Origin: Chiloscyllium plagiosum | Taxonomy: Eukaryota | Reading direction: 5' to 3' | DNA: 64,000 nucleotides | Assembly: GCF_004010195.1 (NCBI RefSeq) | Contig: NC_057757.1 | Span: 9,777,154 to 9,841,153, forward strand | Shown here: positions 40,400 through 53,589 of the stretch, piece by piece | Numbering within the stretch: position 1 is the first letter of the stretch | Layout: every line of letters begins with the position of its first letter | Notes under the pieces: generated by a model | The model's database searches: none | The model's input: only the letters and a program-made list of their open reading frames with translations | What the model was told of the DNA's origin: nothing | Translations under genes and position numbers: made by a program

Positions 40400-40740
40400 T
40401 ATAGAAACCCTGCAGTGTGGAAACAGGCCATTTGGCCCATCTAGTCCACACTGACCTTCCAGATAACATGCTGACCAACACACTCATACGTTACCCCAGT
40501 AACTCTACATTTCCCTAGACAATCCACTTAACCTGCATATCCCTGGATACTGTGGGGCAGTTTAGTGAGGCCACTGAACCTATCCTGTGCATTTTTAGAC
40601 TGTGGGAGGAAAACCAAGCATCCACAGGAAACACACACAAACAGGGCAAGAAATTGCAAACACCGCACAGAGTGTCACCAATGGATGGAATCGAATCCAG
40701 GTCATTGGTGTCCTAACGCAGTATTGAGAGCCGCTTTGTC
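40400..40740 (-). mobile_element. Old HE1-type SINE
   Basis: gtgtggaaacaggcc...gactgtgggaggaaa. Confidence 0.75.
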
Positions 40741-42067
40741 ACCTAATGATCATCAGAGAGAGTGACTGATTTCTCCCGCTTTCTCTGGATCTGTCACATC
40801 AGATGGTGTCAAATTCCAGCGTGGTGCCTCTGTCAAGCCCTCCTTTACCTTCACCCCAGGATTCACATTTCAATGGACAGGGCCTTAAGCTGTGACTGAC
40901 ACATTGCCTTCAAATCTGCCCTCACCCCTTCCCCTCCTTTCCAGATCAAGTGTTCCATTAATACTGCAACATGCAAGATAATTGCTGATCTAAAATAAAA
41001 CGAACAGCTGTATACTCTGGAGATCGGTAAACAGTACTGTTGTGATGACGACTCCCCAGATTTGAAACATTGACTATGCTCTCTTCTGACAAAGGATTGC
41101 GAGAAAGTGAATTCCTGATGAAGGGTTTCTGACTGAAACATAGTCTTTCCTGCTCCTCGGATTCTTCCTGACCTGCTGTTCTCTTCGGCGCCCACACTTT
41201 TCAACTTTCTTCCTTCAGCTGCAACCAGAACCGTTGAGTTTTACCTGCAAATTCTTGGTTATCTAATTTCCTGTTTATAACATAAACCAAGATTTCCCTG
41301 CAGTATTGACTTCCATGCACATCTTCCACCAGTGTTTGCTTCTCCTTCTTGGTTCTAAGCTGCAATCAAACTTTCTGTATAAACTGAGCACCGTGGTGAA
41401 ATGAATGGTAGATTCAGCGAGATTTTTCTTGAGGCCTTTCTTGATGTTACAAATTCTCCCTGCATTTTGTTCGAAAGATGCATGGATCAGAAAGACTGAG
41501 AAGGATATGGGCCAAGTGCAGGAACATGGAGTGAATGTGGACCGAATGTCATGGAAAGATACGTTCACAGGTTTCAGAAATCTGAATGTAGACATGTCGA
41601 TAGCATCTGGAAACATAAGCCAACATTACCAGGAATGCTGGGTGAATGGGATATTGTTGTGAGTTCAGATGATGGAGAGTTTTGCATGAGGATTTGTTCT
41701 GCAACTTTGTACCTGGGAGAGGGGTCTGCAGAGTCTTTGACTCTGGGCTGAATCTAACACTAATTTCTCTCGGTGTCATTTTCATTGAGTGACAGAGGTT
41801 AAGTCTGTATGAGACTGAGTTAGTTTCCTGGTGTTATTTGATCGAACTCACCTCATTAACTACTCTCCCCACCGCATGATGTCCATGTCATTCAATGCCA
41901 GACTGATTCTCCCACTCATCATGGTTAGAGGTACTTTCCATCGCCGGAAATCCCTGGATATTCCGTGATCCCTGGCACTGATGCCAAAAATAAAGGCCAG
42001 CGGGCAAATAATTGAGCTTTCTCAGTTCGGAGTTGCCCTGCCCAGTTTAGGCCGAGCATGGCAGTTA

Positions 42068-42240
42068 AGACAATACATAATATACAATAGACAATAGGCG
42101 CAGAAGTAGGCCATTCGGCCCTTCCACCCAGCACCAACATACATTATGATTATGGCTGATTATCCACAATCAGTATCCTGTTCCTGCCTAATCCCTGTAA
42201 CCCTTGATTCCACCATCTTTAAGAGCTCTATCCATCCATA
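42068..42240 (-). mobile_element. LINE (CR1/L2) 3' tail
   Basis: (acaatag) tail followed by gaagtaggccattcggccc. Related tail at about 54135-54280. Confidence 0.7.
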
Positions 42241-42508
42241 AGGGGTAATTACACTACGGGTTTGTCGACAGGGGCAATGATGTCCTGGTGGACGGGGTAG
42301 TAGAGAGGGGGAGCATTCTCTTCTCAAAGGGAGCCACACCACAGACCCACCAAGCTCAACCACCCAGCTCAGTGCAGTATCTGTGGTCTGAAGAAAATGT
42401 TCAGCAATAGAGGACAAGCATCAATAACTTTCCCCACTCTGTCAGGATAAGGGACACTGTATTCTCTCTGCTCCCTCACACTCACAGTATATCTGTTATA
42501 GCACTTAC

Positions 42509-42570
42509 CTCAGAACAGGACTCATGCTCCAACATTCTCACTGCTGCAGTCAGCACATCCCCCTCCTCTG

Positions 42571-42606
<36 letters not shown>

Positions 42607-42634
42607 GCCTTTGTTATACCCCCACAAATTTATA
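42509..42634 (-). promoter_or_regulatory. Candidate TATA box (TATAAAT, 42634-42628) and first exon with GAG|GTAAGT donor, upstream of the GPCR exon
   Basis: TATA about 30 nt upstream of a (GA)n tract, with a consensus donor at 42508. Confidence 0.4.
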
Positions 42635-43009
42635 GAATGCTCTGGAGAGTGCTGATTATGGAATGTTCCAGATAACGTTCCAAACAATTCCCAGTTTCAG
42701 GAGAATGACAGTGCACCAGTGTGGAAAACATGAGGGAAAGGAAAACCGTGCTTTTTTCAAATTAAAATTACAGGCACACGAAATTGAAATCCATCCTGAG
42801 ACCATTCCGTCCTTCAAACGTGTTCTAACATTTAATAAGATGGGGAGTGATCGAACTGTCTCCTGAGCTCAATGTTATAGCAACTTTCAGTCCTTCAGCC
42901 CCCGGCTTCCTGTCACTGACCAGGTGACACTCAGGCATTTTTATCCGGGGTTTCCTCAAGCATGTGTTCCTTAGGCATTTCCCATGGGGGCGGACTCTCC
43001 TTCCAATAT

Positions 43010-43295
43010 GGGCGGCACGGTGGTTTGCACTGCTGCCTCACAGCGCCAGAGACCTGGGTTCAATTCCTACCTCAGGCGACTGACTCTGTTGAGTTTGCAC
43101 GTTGTCCCCGTGTCTGCGTGGGTTTCCTCCGGGTGCTCCGGTTTCCTCCCAGAGTCAAAAGATGTGCGGGTCAGGTGAATTGGCCATGCTAAATTGCCCA
43201 TAGTGTTAGGTAAGGGGTAAATGTATGGGTGGGTTGCGGGTCGGTGTGGACTTGTTGGGCCGAAAGGCCTGTTTCCACACTGTATGTAATCTAAT
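43010..43295 (+). mobile_element. Full-length HE1-type SINE
   Basis: tRNA-like head, body and CR1-derived tail. aatatg duplicated at both ends. Confidence 0.95.
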
Positions 43296-43739
43296 ATGTC
43301 CCATCAGCTTTCTATTTTCATGCAATAATAAGCATGCTTCACATAGACCAATCAGAAATATACTGTTCTTTAATAATTGTCGATATCTAAACACAATTAT
43401 TATTCTGGTTATTTTGCTCGTGTCACCTTATTGCATTCAGCTCAGGATAGCATCTAAACACTTGTTTCTACAATTTCCAGCAAAGAACATTTTTATCCTC
43501 GGCTAGTACCTTGACCGTTACCTGAATTGTACCTTTTTCCTTGTTATGAAAGTTTCTCTTGCCCTTTGTCCGTGATTGTTTCTATCTGAAACAGTTACAC
43601 AGGATCCCACTCAGTTAGCTGGATGGCTGGTTTGTGATGCAGAGGGAGGCCAATAGCGCAGGTTCAATTCCCCATACTGACAGAGGTCACCATAATGGGG
43701 ACGTTCTCTCAGCCTCCAGGGCTCAACTCCCCTTTCCTG

Positions 43740-45600
43740 CTAACCCTTCATATCCCTCAACTCGCTGTTATGTCAAAAACCAATCTAGCCCATCTGTAAA
43801 AACATTCAGTGACCCAGCCTCTACAACTCACTGGTGAGTGAAATTCAGACTTCACGACCTTCTGAAAGAAGACATTTCTTTGTATCTCAGTTTGAAGTCG
43901 ATATCCCTTATTCTGTTTCTGAGTTTGAGACTCTGTCCAGGTGTGGAAACACATTCTCAGCATCTACCTTGTGAAGCCCCCTCTATATCTTTTATGTTTC
44001 AGTAACATCACGGTCATTAATTTCAAGCACAATGAATAATCGCCTCACCATTTTAGATGTATTCAATAATTCAATCCTTTCATCCCAGGAACCTGCGTAT
44101 TGTATCATTCTAGTCACTTGCTGCATCACCATGTTGACTTTATGTTTCATACACAGGAACACTCCAATCCTTTTTTACTGCTCCTTAGTTGGGAATCTTC
44201 TTCATTAAATAACAGCCTGTCTTTTGGTTCGCAGTGTCATTCACAAACTCGGATGTATATTGCATTCAGCTCCCGCCATCGGGCTGTCAGAATACACTGT
44301 AAATAACGGATGCCATCGGACTGGTATTTGTGATACCCCAGTAGATATGTCTTTATCATAACGATTCATTAATCCTGACACTCCGATTTCTATGTGCTAA
44401 CCACCGGTCATCCCATGCTAATACATTGTCCGTAACACTATGAGCTTCTATCTTGTGTAAGAACCTTTATTGAAGATCTCTGGTAAGCCGCATGCCTACC
44501 AGTTCCCCTTTATCAAGTCCGCATGTCACATTTTCCAGGCTCTCAGAATAACTTTGCAGGCAGAATATAGTTTCCCATTCACAAAACCATGCTGACTCTG
44601 CGTGCAGCTTTTCTAAATGCCCTTCAATTCTTGCCTTAATAATAGACTCCCGCAGATTCCTAGTAATTATGGTTGGGTTAAATGGTTCCTACTTTCTGCC
44701 TAGCTCCTTTCTCGAAGACAGGCGCCACATTGGAAGTTCTCCAGTTTCGCTGGAATACTCCTGAAATCCAAAGAGTTATAGAGTCTTTCACACAGCACCA
44801 CCAGCCACTCTGTAACCACTTTTAAAAAAAAAACAACTGTGAATTACTGCTGACCGGTCTATCCTGACTCTTATCTGTTTATCAAAAATCATTGCTCCTT
44901 TTGTTAGAGACAGTTCAAAAACTTGCCTCTTATTAACAGTTTGTTTATATCATTGACATGTTTACAATTCCTTCCCCTGTGAGGAACAATGCAAAGTACC
45001 GGTGTAATTCTTTGCCTGTTCCCTGTAGCCAGTTCCCCAGTCACATCCTCCAAAAGACCTCAATATACTTCCCAGACTTCATTTCTACGTAAGGTCACAC
45101 ACTCATTTTGAACTTCTTTCATATATACAGAAAAGTTTGTGATGCTTGTTTTCAAATTTCTTGCCAATTTACTTACATCATATCCATTGTTCCCCCTTTT
45201 CCTCGCTTTCTAGATTCTTACAGTCACATCACGCACGAACAGACCCTTTGGTCCAACTTGTTCATGCTCAACTAAACTCGTCCCATCTGCTTTCACGTGC
45301 CCCATATGCCTCTAAACGTTTCCCATTTATATTTGTCCAAATGTATTTTAAATGCTATAGCTGTGCTTTCATCTACCACTCTTCCTCCTGCAGCTCATTC
45401 CATACACCCATCACCCTATATGTGAAAAAGTTGCACCATTGGCACTTTCACATCTTCTAATGTTCAACTTAAATCGATGTACTCGATGTTTGAACCCCTC
45501 CCCCACTTCACCCCTCTCCGGGGGAAAATACCTTGGCTCTCCACCCAATCCATGCCTCTCATGATTGTATAAACTTCTATATCGTCACTTTTCAACCTCC
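43740..45600 (-). mobile_element. Old degenerate CR1 fragments
   Basis: acaaaaccatgctgact (SQHGFV antisense) and 3' tails. Confidence 0.7.
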
Positions 45601-46860
45601 TCCACTCCATCTAATAATAACTTCAAGAACAAGCATTTAATCGTAAGCACTGCAAATTTGAAACAATATTCAAAACGACAGGTAAACAGCACATACCAAA
45701 CTTCATTCTGTGATTTGTTTTATCTCAAAGTAACAATACTAAGACAGCGTGAAATCCTTACCAGTGCCATTAGGAAGTCAAACACTTGAATTCCTTTTTC
45801 GAAAGAGGGTGATGATCCCTACANNNNNNNNNNNNNNNNNNNNNNNNNNNNNNNNNNNNNNNNNNNNNNNNNNNNNNNNNNNNNNNNNNNNNNNNNNNNN
45901 NNNNNNNNNNNNNNNNNNNNNNNNNNNNNNNNNNNNNNNNNNNNNNNNNNNNNNNNNNNNNNNNNNNNNNNNNNNNNNNNNNNNNNNNNNNNNNNNNNNN
46001 NNNNNNNNNNNNNNNNNNNNNNNNNNNNNNNNNNNNNNNNNNNNNNNNNNNNNNNNNNNNNNNNNNNNNNNNNNNNNNNNNNNNNNNNNNNNNNNNNNNN
46101 NNNNNNNNNNNNNNNNNNNNNNNNNNNNNNNNNNNNNNNNNNNNNNNNNNNNNNNNNNNNNNNNNNNNNNNNNNNNNNNNNNNNNNNNNNNNNNNNNNNN
46201 NNNNNNNNNNNNNNNNNNNNNNNNNNNNNNNNNNNNNNNNNNNNNNNNNNNNNNNNNNNNNNNNNNNNNNNNNNNNNNNNNNNNNNNNNNNNNNNNNNNN
46301 NNNNNNNNNNNNNNNNNNNNNNNGATTGCAACAGATTTATTTTTAACAGCTTCTCGAATTAAATTAACAGATACGGAACAAAAACAGAAATTGCCAGAGA
46401 AACTCAGCAGGTGTGAACACTGTCAAAAATGAAGTTCTAAAGAAAAGTGATACTAGACTCAGAACAATAACTCCATTCCTCTCTCAGTAGATGCTGCCAG
46501 GCTTACTGAGTTTCTCCAGACGTCTTTCTGCCTGTTTCAGGTTTCCAGCATCTGCAATACTTTGAACAAAAGTCGATTATTTTTGCACACAACAGATTTT
46601 TTTTAAGAAACTCTTGAGCTTGAGCTCTATTAGTTGAGTCATGATGGAATTCCATGTCATGGACCTGGCTGTGATAGAGACTCTGAAATCCAGGCTCACC
46701 GAGACCATCGAAGATGGTGGTTAGGTTTGCGCTTCATGCTCCCCTCACCTGTGACATCGTGCCAAGTGCCAGCTGAAGTTGTGACCATGGATGTGATCAT
46801 GCTTTACATTAGCAACACTAGCCTCTCATCCCTCTGACCCACCCCTCACATCCCAATCCA

Positions 46861-47540
46861 CCAACACCAGCCTCTCACCCACCCCTCACATTCCAATCCT
46901 CCAACACCGGTCTCTCACCCATCCCTCACGTCCCAAACCTCCAACACTGGCCTCTCACCCACCCCTCACATACCAATCCTCCAACACTGGCCTCTCACCC
47001 ACCCCTCACATACCAATCCTCCAACACTGGCCTCTCACCCACCCCTCACATACCAATCCTCCAACACTGGCCTCTCACCCACCCCTCACATACCAATCCT
47101 CCAACACTGGCCTCTCACCCACCCCTCACATACCAATCCTCCAACACTGGCCTCTCACCCACCCCTCACATACCAATCCTCCAACACTGGCCTCTCACCC
47201 ACCCCTCACATACCAATCCTCCAACACTGGCCTCTCACCCACCCCTCACATACCAATCCTCCAACACTGGCCTCTCACCCACCCCTCACATACCAATCCT
47301 CCAACACTGGCCTCTCACCCACCCCTCACATACCAATCCTCCAACACTGGCCTCTCACCCACCCCTCACATACCAATCCTCCAACACTGGCCTCTCACCC
47401 ACCCCTCACATACCAATCCTCCAACACTGGCCTCTCACCCACCCCTCACATACCAATCCTCCAACACTGGCCTCTCACCCACCCCTCACGTACCAATCCT
47501 ACAACACCAGTCTCTCACCCACCCCTCACATACCAATCCT
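46861..47540. repeat. 40-bp minisatellite, about 17 copies
   Basis: Unit ccaacactggcctctcacccacccctcacataccaatcct. Identical copies across about 46941-47460. Confidence 0.98.
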
Positions 47541-47802
47541 CCTCCTCTGCCTTCAACCACTGAAGAATGTTTTCTTCTTTCTTCATCGCTGCGTGTGGGC
47601 GCCACTGGCAATGCTGGCATTTGTTGTCCACCCCTAGTTACCTAGAATGGAATGGATTGCTGGGCCTTCTAAGAGGATGACTAAGAGTCATTTACGTTGC
47701 CATGTTTTTGGAGTCACAGGTAGGCCAGACCAGATAAGAATGGCAGATTTCCTTCCTGAAAGACCATTAGGTACACCAGTTATGTTTTTGCAACAATTTC
47801 TG

Positions 47803-49010
47803 ATAGAACATTACAGCGCAGTACAGGTCCTCGATATTGCGCCGACCTGTGAAACCAATCTGAAGCCCATCTAACCTACACTATTCCAATCTCATCCATA
47901 TGCCTGTCCAATGACCATCTAAATGCCCTTAAAGTTGGCAAGTCTACTACTTTTGCAGGCAGTGTGTTCCACGCCCCTACTACTCTCTGAGTAAAGAAAC
48001 TACCTCTGACAGCTGTCCTATATCTATCACCCCTCAATTTAAAGCTATGTCCCCTCATGCTAGCCATCACCATCCAAGGAAAAAGGCTTTCACTATATCT
48101 TATCTAACCTTATCTAACCCTCTGATTTTCTTATATGTCTCACCTAAGTCACCTCTCAATCATCTTCTCTCTAAGAAAAGCAGCCTCAAGTTCCTCAGCC
48201 TTTCCTCGTAAGACCATCCCTCGAAACTAGGCAACATCCTAGTAAATCTCCTCTGAATCCTTTCCAAAGCTCCCACATCTTTCCTATAATGTGGTGACCA
48301 CAATTGTGCGCAATACTCCAAATGTAGCCTCATCAGAGTTTTGTACAGCTGCAGCATAATCTAATCATTCTGAAATTCAATCCCTCTACTAATAAAAGCT
48401 AATACACTGTTTGCCTTCTTAACAACCTTATCAACCTGGGTGGCAACTTTCAAGGATCTATGTACATGGACACCAAGATCTCTTTGCTCATCGACACTAC
48501 CAAGAATCTTCCCATTAGCCCAGTACTCTGCATTCCTGTTACTTCTTCCAAAGTGAATCACCTCACACTTTTCCACATTAAACTCCATTTGCCACTTCTC
48601 AGGCCAACTCTGCAGCTTATCTAGGTTCCTCTGTAACCTACAACATCCTTCATCACTACTCACAACTCTACCGACCCATAGTGTCATCCGCATATTTACT
48701 CACCCATTCTTCCACGCCCTTATCCAGGTCGTTTATAAAAATGACAAACAACCGTAGACCCAAAACAGATCCTTGCGGCACACAACTGGTAACTGAGCTC
48801 CAGGATGAATATTTCCCATCAACCACCACCCTCTGTCTCCTTTCAGCTTGCCAATTTCTGATCCAGACTGTTAAATCATCCTCGATACCATACCTCCGTA
48901 TTTTGTGCAATAGCCTACCATGTGGAACTTTATCAAACACCTTACTGAAATCCATATACACCACATCAACCACTTTACCCTCATCCATCTGTTTGGTCAC
49001 CTTCTCAAAA
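47803..49010 (-). mobile_element. CR1/HER1 LINE 3' part
   Basis: [21 protein letters not shown] and YADDT motifs. Confidence 0.95.
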
Positions 49011-49279
49011 AAACTTTGCCTTGGTAATCATTTCTTTATAGCTTTACATTCCATATTTATGAATTGAGTTAAATGCGAACCTCTGTCCCCAGAACATTAC
49101 TACACTACCATGCCACTGTCTTCCCATCAGCCAGGCCAGTGTGATTGAATGAATGGATATATAAGGAAGATCACATTACCCCAGTGATAAAGATATATTG
49201 TCTCTTTATCAGAGCCATCAGCCCAGATATTGGCCATGGGTAAATTGTGAAGCCTGGTACCAAGTTGGCATCGACACAT

Positions 49280-50432
49280 GGGAAGTTTGCAGATGACATC
49301 AAAATTGGTGTCATGGACAGTGAAGAAGGTTACCTCAGAGTACAATGGGATCTTGGTCAGATGGGCCAATGGGCTGAGGAGTGGCAGATGGAGTTTCATT
49401 TAGATCAATGTGAGGGGTTGCATTTTGGAAAGGCAATTCAGGGCAGGACTTTTACACTTAATATTAAGGTTCTGGGAAATGTTGCTGTACAAAGAGACCT
49501 TGGAGTACGGGTTCATAGTTCCTTGAAAGTGGAGTGTCAGGAAGATAGGATAGGGAAGAAGGTAAAAACAAGGACTGCAGATGCTGGAAACCAGAGTCTA
49601 GATTAGAGTAGTGCTGGAAAAGCACAGCAGGTCAGGCAGCATCCGAGGAGCAGAAAAATTGGTTTCAGGTAAAAGCCCTTCATCAGGAATAGAGGGCTTT
49701 TGCCTAAAACGTCGATTTTCCTGCTCCTCGGATGCTGCCTGACCTGCTGTGCTTTTCCAGCACCACTCAAATCTAGGATAGTGAAGAAGGCATTTGATAT
49801 GCTTGCCTTTATTGGTCAGAGCATTGAGTATGGAGCTGGGAGGTCATATTGTGGCTGTGCAGGACATTGGTTAGGCCATGCTTTGAATATTGTATGCAAT
49901 TCTGGTCTCCCTGCTATAGGAAGGATGTTATGAAACTTGAAAGGGTTCTGAAAAGATTTGCAAGGATGTTGCCAGGATTGAGGGTTTGAGCTATTGGGAG
50001 AGGCTGAATAGACTGGGGCTGTTTTCCCTGGAGCGTCAGAGGCTGAGGGGTGACCCTATAGAGTTTTATAAGATCATGGGGGGCATGGATAGGAGAAATA
50101 GAAAGAGTTTTTTCCCTGGGGTGGGGGAGTCCAGAAATAGAGGCCATAGGTTTAGGATGAGAAGGGAAAGATTTAAAAGAGACCTAAGGGGCAACTTTTT
50201 CACACAGAGGATGATGCGTGTATGGAATGAGCTGCCAGAGGAAGTGATGGTACAATTACAACATTTGAAAAGCACCTGAATGGGTATATGAATAGGAAGC
50301 GTTTGGAGGGATATGGGCCAAGTGCTAGCAAATGTGACGAGATAAGTTTAGGATATCTGGTCGGCATGGATGAGTTGCACTGAAGGGTCTGTTTCCGTGT
50401 TGTACATCTCTGTGACTCTATGATTCTATGAC
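49280..50432 (+). mobile_element. CR1/HER1 LINE 3' part with nested palindromic Penelope (49563-49773)
   Basis: KFADDIKIG and WAEEWQMEF motifs. Insert flanked by a 17-bp TSD with 1 mismatch (49546-49562 / 49774-49790). Confidence 0.95.
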
Positions 50433-50776
50433 TTGAAGTCGTCAGGCATTAGAGGGCTACAATCAGACCAAAAGTAACTTGTGACCAACTCATCACTGAG
50501 TGAGGTTACACACGAGTCCTGTTACAAAGTCCTCGGATAAGGAATTTAATGGTAGGAGAAGGCTGCTGATGATGCAGGAAATGACAATGTGGAAAGGGTC
50601 AGACTCTGTTAGAACCTGGTACCACACATAGCCTCTGCTGGAGTTTTAAAATTGGATTTGGCACTGAGTTACACGGAGCTCAATCCTGCTATCTCTCTTT
50701 CAGCAAGCAGACAAAATTTTACTGCCTTTGACAATATTCATCCCAGGCAGGAAGGAGTAAAGTTATCAGTGAGATT

Positions 50777-52562
50777 ACATAGAGCATAGACCATAGACCA
50801 TAGAACATAGATTATAAAACATAGAACAGTACAGCACAGTACAGGCCACGGGAAAAACGTCTCTGTCCATGCCTCTATGCCTCTCAACATCTTGTACACC
50901 CCTATCAAGTCACCTCTCATCCTTCTTTGCTCCAATGATAAAAGTCCTAGCTCACTCAACCTTTCGTCATCAGACATGCCCTCCAGTCCAGGCAGCTTTC
51001 TGATAAATCACCTCTGCACCCTCTCTAAAGCTTCCACATCCTTCCTATAATGAGGCAACCTGAACTGAACACAATATTCCAAGTATGGTCTAATCAGAAC
51101 TCTATAGAGCTGCAGCATAACCTCATCAATCTTAAACCAAATACCCCTGCTAATGAAAGCCAACACACCATTTACTTTCTTAACAACCCTGTCAACCTGG
51201 GTGGCAACTTTGAGGCATCTATGAATGTGGACTCCAAGTTCCTGGTGTTCCTCCATACTGCCAAGAATCCTGTCTTTAACCCTGTACTCTGCATTCAGAT
51301 ATGACCTTCCAAAGTGAATGACTTCACACTTTTCCAGGTTGAACTCCATCTGCCACTTCTCAGACGAGCTCTGCATCCTGTCAATGTCTTGTTGCAACCT
51401 ACAAAGCACTCCACACTACCCACAACTCCACCAACCTTCATATCATCTGCAAACTTATTCACCCACCCTTCCACCTCCTCATCCAAGTCACTTATAAAAA
51501 ATCACAAAGAGCAGATGCTCCCTGCGGAACACCACTGATCACCAAGCTCCAGGCTGAATACTTTCCATCTACTACCACCCTCTGTCTTCAATGGGCCAAC
51601 TAATTCTGTATCCAGACAAACAGACAGGTTTCCCTGTATCCCATCCCTCCTTACTTTCTGAATGAGCCCACCAGGGGGAACCTAAACAAATGCCTTGCTA
51701 AAATCTATGTACATCACATCCACTGCTCTACCTTCATCAATGTGTTTTGTTGCATCATCAACGAATTCAATACGGTTTGTGAGGCATGACCTGCCCCTCA
51801 CAAAGCCATGCTGACTATGTCAAATCAAACAATGATTTCCCAAGTAATCATAAAGCTTGTCTCTCAGAATCCTCTCCAATATTTTGCCCACCACTGACAG
51901 AAGGCTGACTGATCTGTAATTCCCAGGATTATCCTATTCCACTTCTTGAACAAGGGAATAACACTTGCCATCCTCCCATCATCTGATACTACTCCAGTGG
52001 ACAGTGAGGACACAAAGATCATTGCCAAAGGTGTAGCAATCTCTTCCCTCACTTCCTGTAGTATATACCTTGGGTATATCCCATCAGGCACAGGGGATTT
52101 ATCTATCCTTATACTTTTCAAAATATTCAGCACATCATCCTTCCTAATATCAACCTGTTCTAGCATATCAGTCTTTTTCTCACTGACCGAGAAATGTCAA
52201 GGTCCCTTTCAGTCATGAAGACTGAAGCAAAGCATTCATTAAGGATCTCCCCTACCTCTTCTGACTCCAGGCTCAAGCTTCCCCTTACCCTTACTCTGGC
52301 CATCCTCTTGTTCCTCACATAAATGTAGAACACCTTGGGGTTTTCCTTAATCCTTCCCACTAAAACTTTTTCATGCCCCTTTCTCGCTTTCCTAAGACCA
52401 TTCTTCAGTTCCTTCCTGGCTACCTCGTAACCCTCTAGAGCCCTACCTGATCCTTGCCTCCTTAACCTTAAGAAAGCTTCCTTCTTTCTCTTGACTAGAT
52501 GTTCCACATCCCTTGTCACCCAAGGTTCTTTCATCCTACCATCCTTTCCTTGCCTCAGTGGG
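50777..52562 (-). mobile_element. CR1/HER1 LINE
   Basis: KENPKVFY, KSPVPDGIYPR, FADDMK and LEYCVQF motifs. Confidence 0.95.
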
Positions 52563-52953
52563 ATTATCAGCAGGAGCTTCTAAAATATCCTCTGATAAGT
52601 TCTATTATTCTGACAAATGAACAATCTATCGCCATGGTTTCAGTTTTAGTGATGAGTGATTGGTGGCTTTGTCAATGAAGCTGACATCACAGTATTAGTC
52701 TTAAAGGCTGAAACTGGTGAAGTTAAGGGTTTGCTTGGAGGCCAGGTGAGGGCCAGAGAGCCTGGAGCGGTTACATATTGTCACTTAGAGCTGGCACACT
52801 GGGGCCATCGGGAATTGGTGCATGTTCTCAATTTAAACTACACCCTTTATATGAATGTATTTATTAATTTAAGTGCAATTGTACTTAATGAATGCATTTG
52901 TGAACTGGTATGCTTTCTTAATTACCCTATTAACCAGTTCCGTTGACAAGTAT

Positions 52954-53570
52954 TCAGGAGAAAGTGAGGTCTGCAGATGCTGGAGATCAAAGTTGAAACT
53001 TTATTGCTGGAACAGCACAGCAGGTCAGGCAGCATCCAGGGAACAGGAGATTCGACGTTTCGGGCACAGGCCCTTCTTCAGGAATGAGCAGAGAGTGTTC
53101 AGCAGGAGAAGATAAAAGGTAGGGAGGAGGGACTTGGAGGAGGGGAGTTGGAAATGTGATAGGTGGAAAGAGGTCAAGGTAAGGGTGATAGGTCGGAGTA
53201 GGATGGAGGCGGAGAGGTCAAGAAGAAGACTGCAGGTCAGGAAGGCGGTGCCGGGCTGGAGGGATCTGGCTGAGGCAAGGTGGGGGGAGGGGGGATGAAG
53301 AAACTGGTGAAGTCCAAGTTCATCCCCTGCGGTTGGAGGGTTCCCAGTCGGAAGATAAGACGCTCCTCCTCCGACCGTCGGGTTGTTGTGGTTTGGCGGT
53401 GGATGAGTCCAATGACCTGCATATCCTCGGTGGAGTGGGAGGGGGAGTTGAAATGCTGTGCCACAGGTTGGTTGGGTTGGTTCGTCCGGGTGGCCCAGAG
53501 GTGCTCTCTGAATCGCTCCGCAAGTAGGCGGCCTGTCTCCCCAATATAGAGGAGGCCACACCGGCTGCAG
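52954..53570 (-). mobile_element. Young 5'-truncated Penelope-like element with GIY-YIG endonuclease C-terminus and pLTR
   Basis: CSRCGLLYIGETGRLLAERFREH...VAQHFNS...EERLIFRLGTLQPQGMN. 13-bp TSD cgttgacaagtat (52941-52953 / 53571-53583). Confidence 0.95.
53050..53085 (-). ncRNA. Minimal type I hammerhead ribozyme motif in Penelope pLTR
   Basis: ATTC-CTGAAGA-AGGGCCTGTGCCC-GAAACGTC-GAAT: stem I ATTC/GAAT, stem II GGGC/GCCC, GUC cleavage triplet. Confidence 0.7.
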
Positions 53571-53589
53571 CGTTGACAAGTATCCCAAG

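Noticed and set aside
43608..43675. tRNA-like A/B boxes here and at 24985-25165, 8040 and 58690
   Set aside because: No complete cloverleaf, so these are SINE heads.
9929..46432. Long ORFs in the track that span N runs (for example 9929-10873, 29352-30134, 45749-46432)
   Set aside because: Their length is an artefact of assembly gaps.
42774..46724. Assigning the plus-strand peptide to AAA+/dynein from NVIATFSPSAPG...SR..EF
   Set aside because: Only a loose resemblance, and no Walker A or B motif was found in the reconstructed frame.
46861..47540. Possible CRISPR array
   Set aside because: Head-to-tail identical units with no unique spacers, no cas genes, and a vertebrate context.
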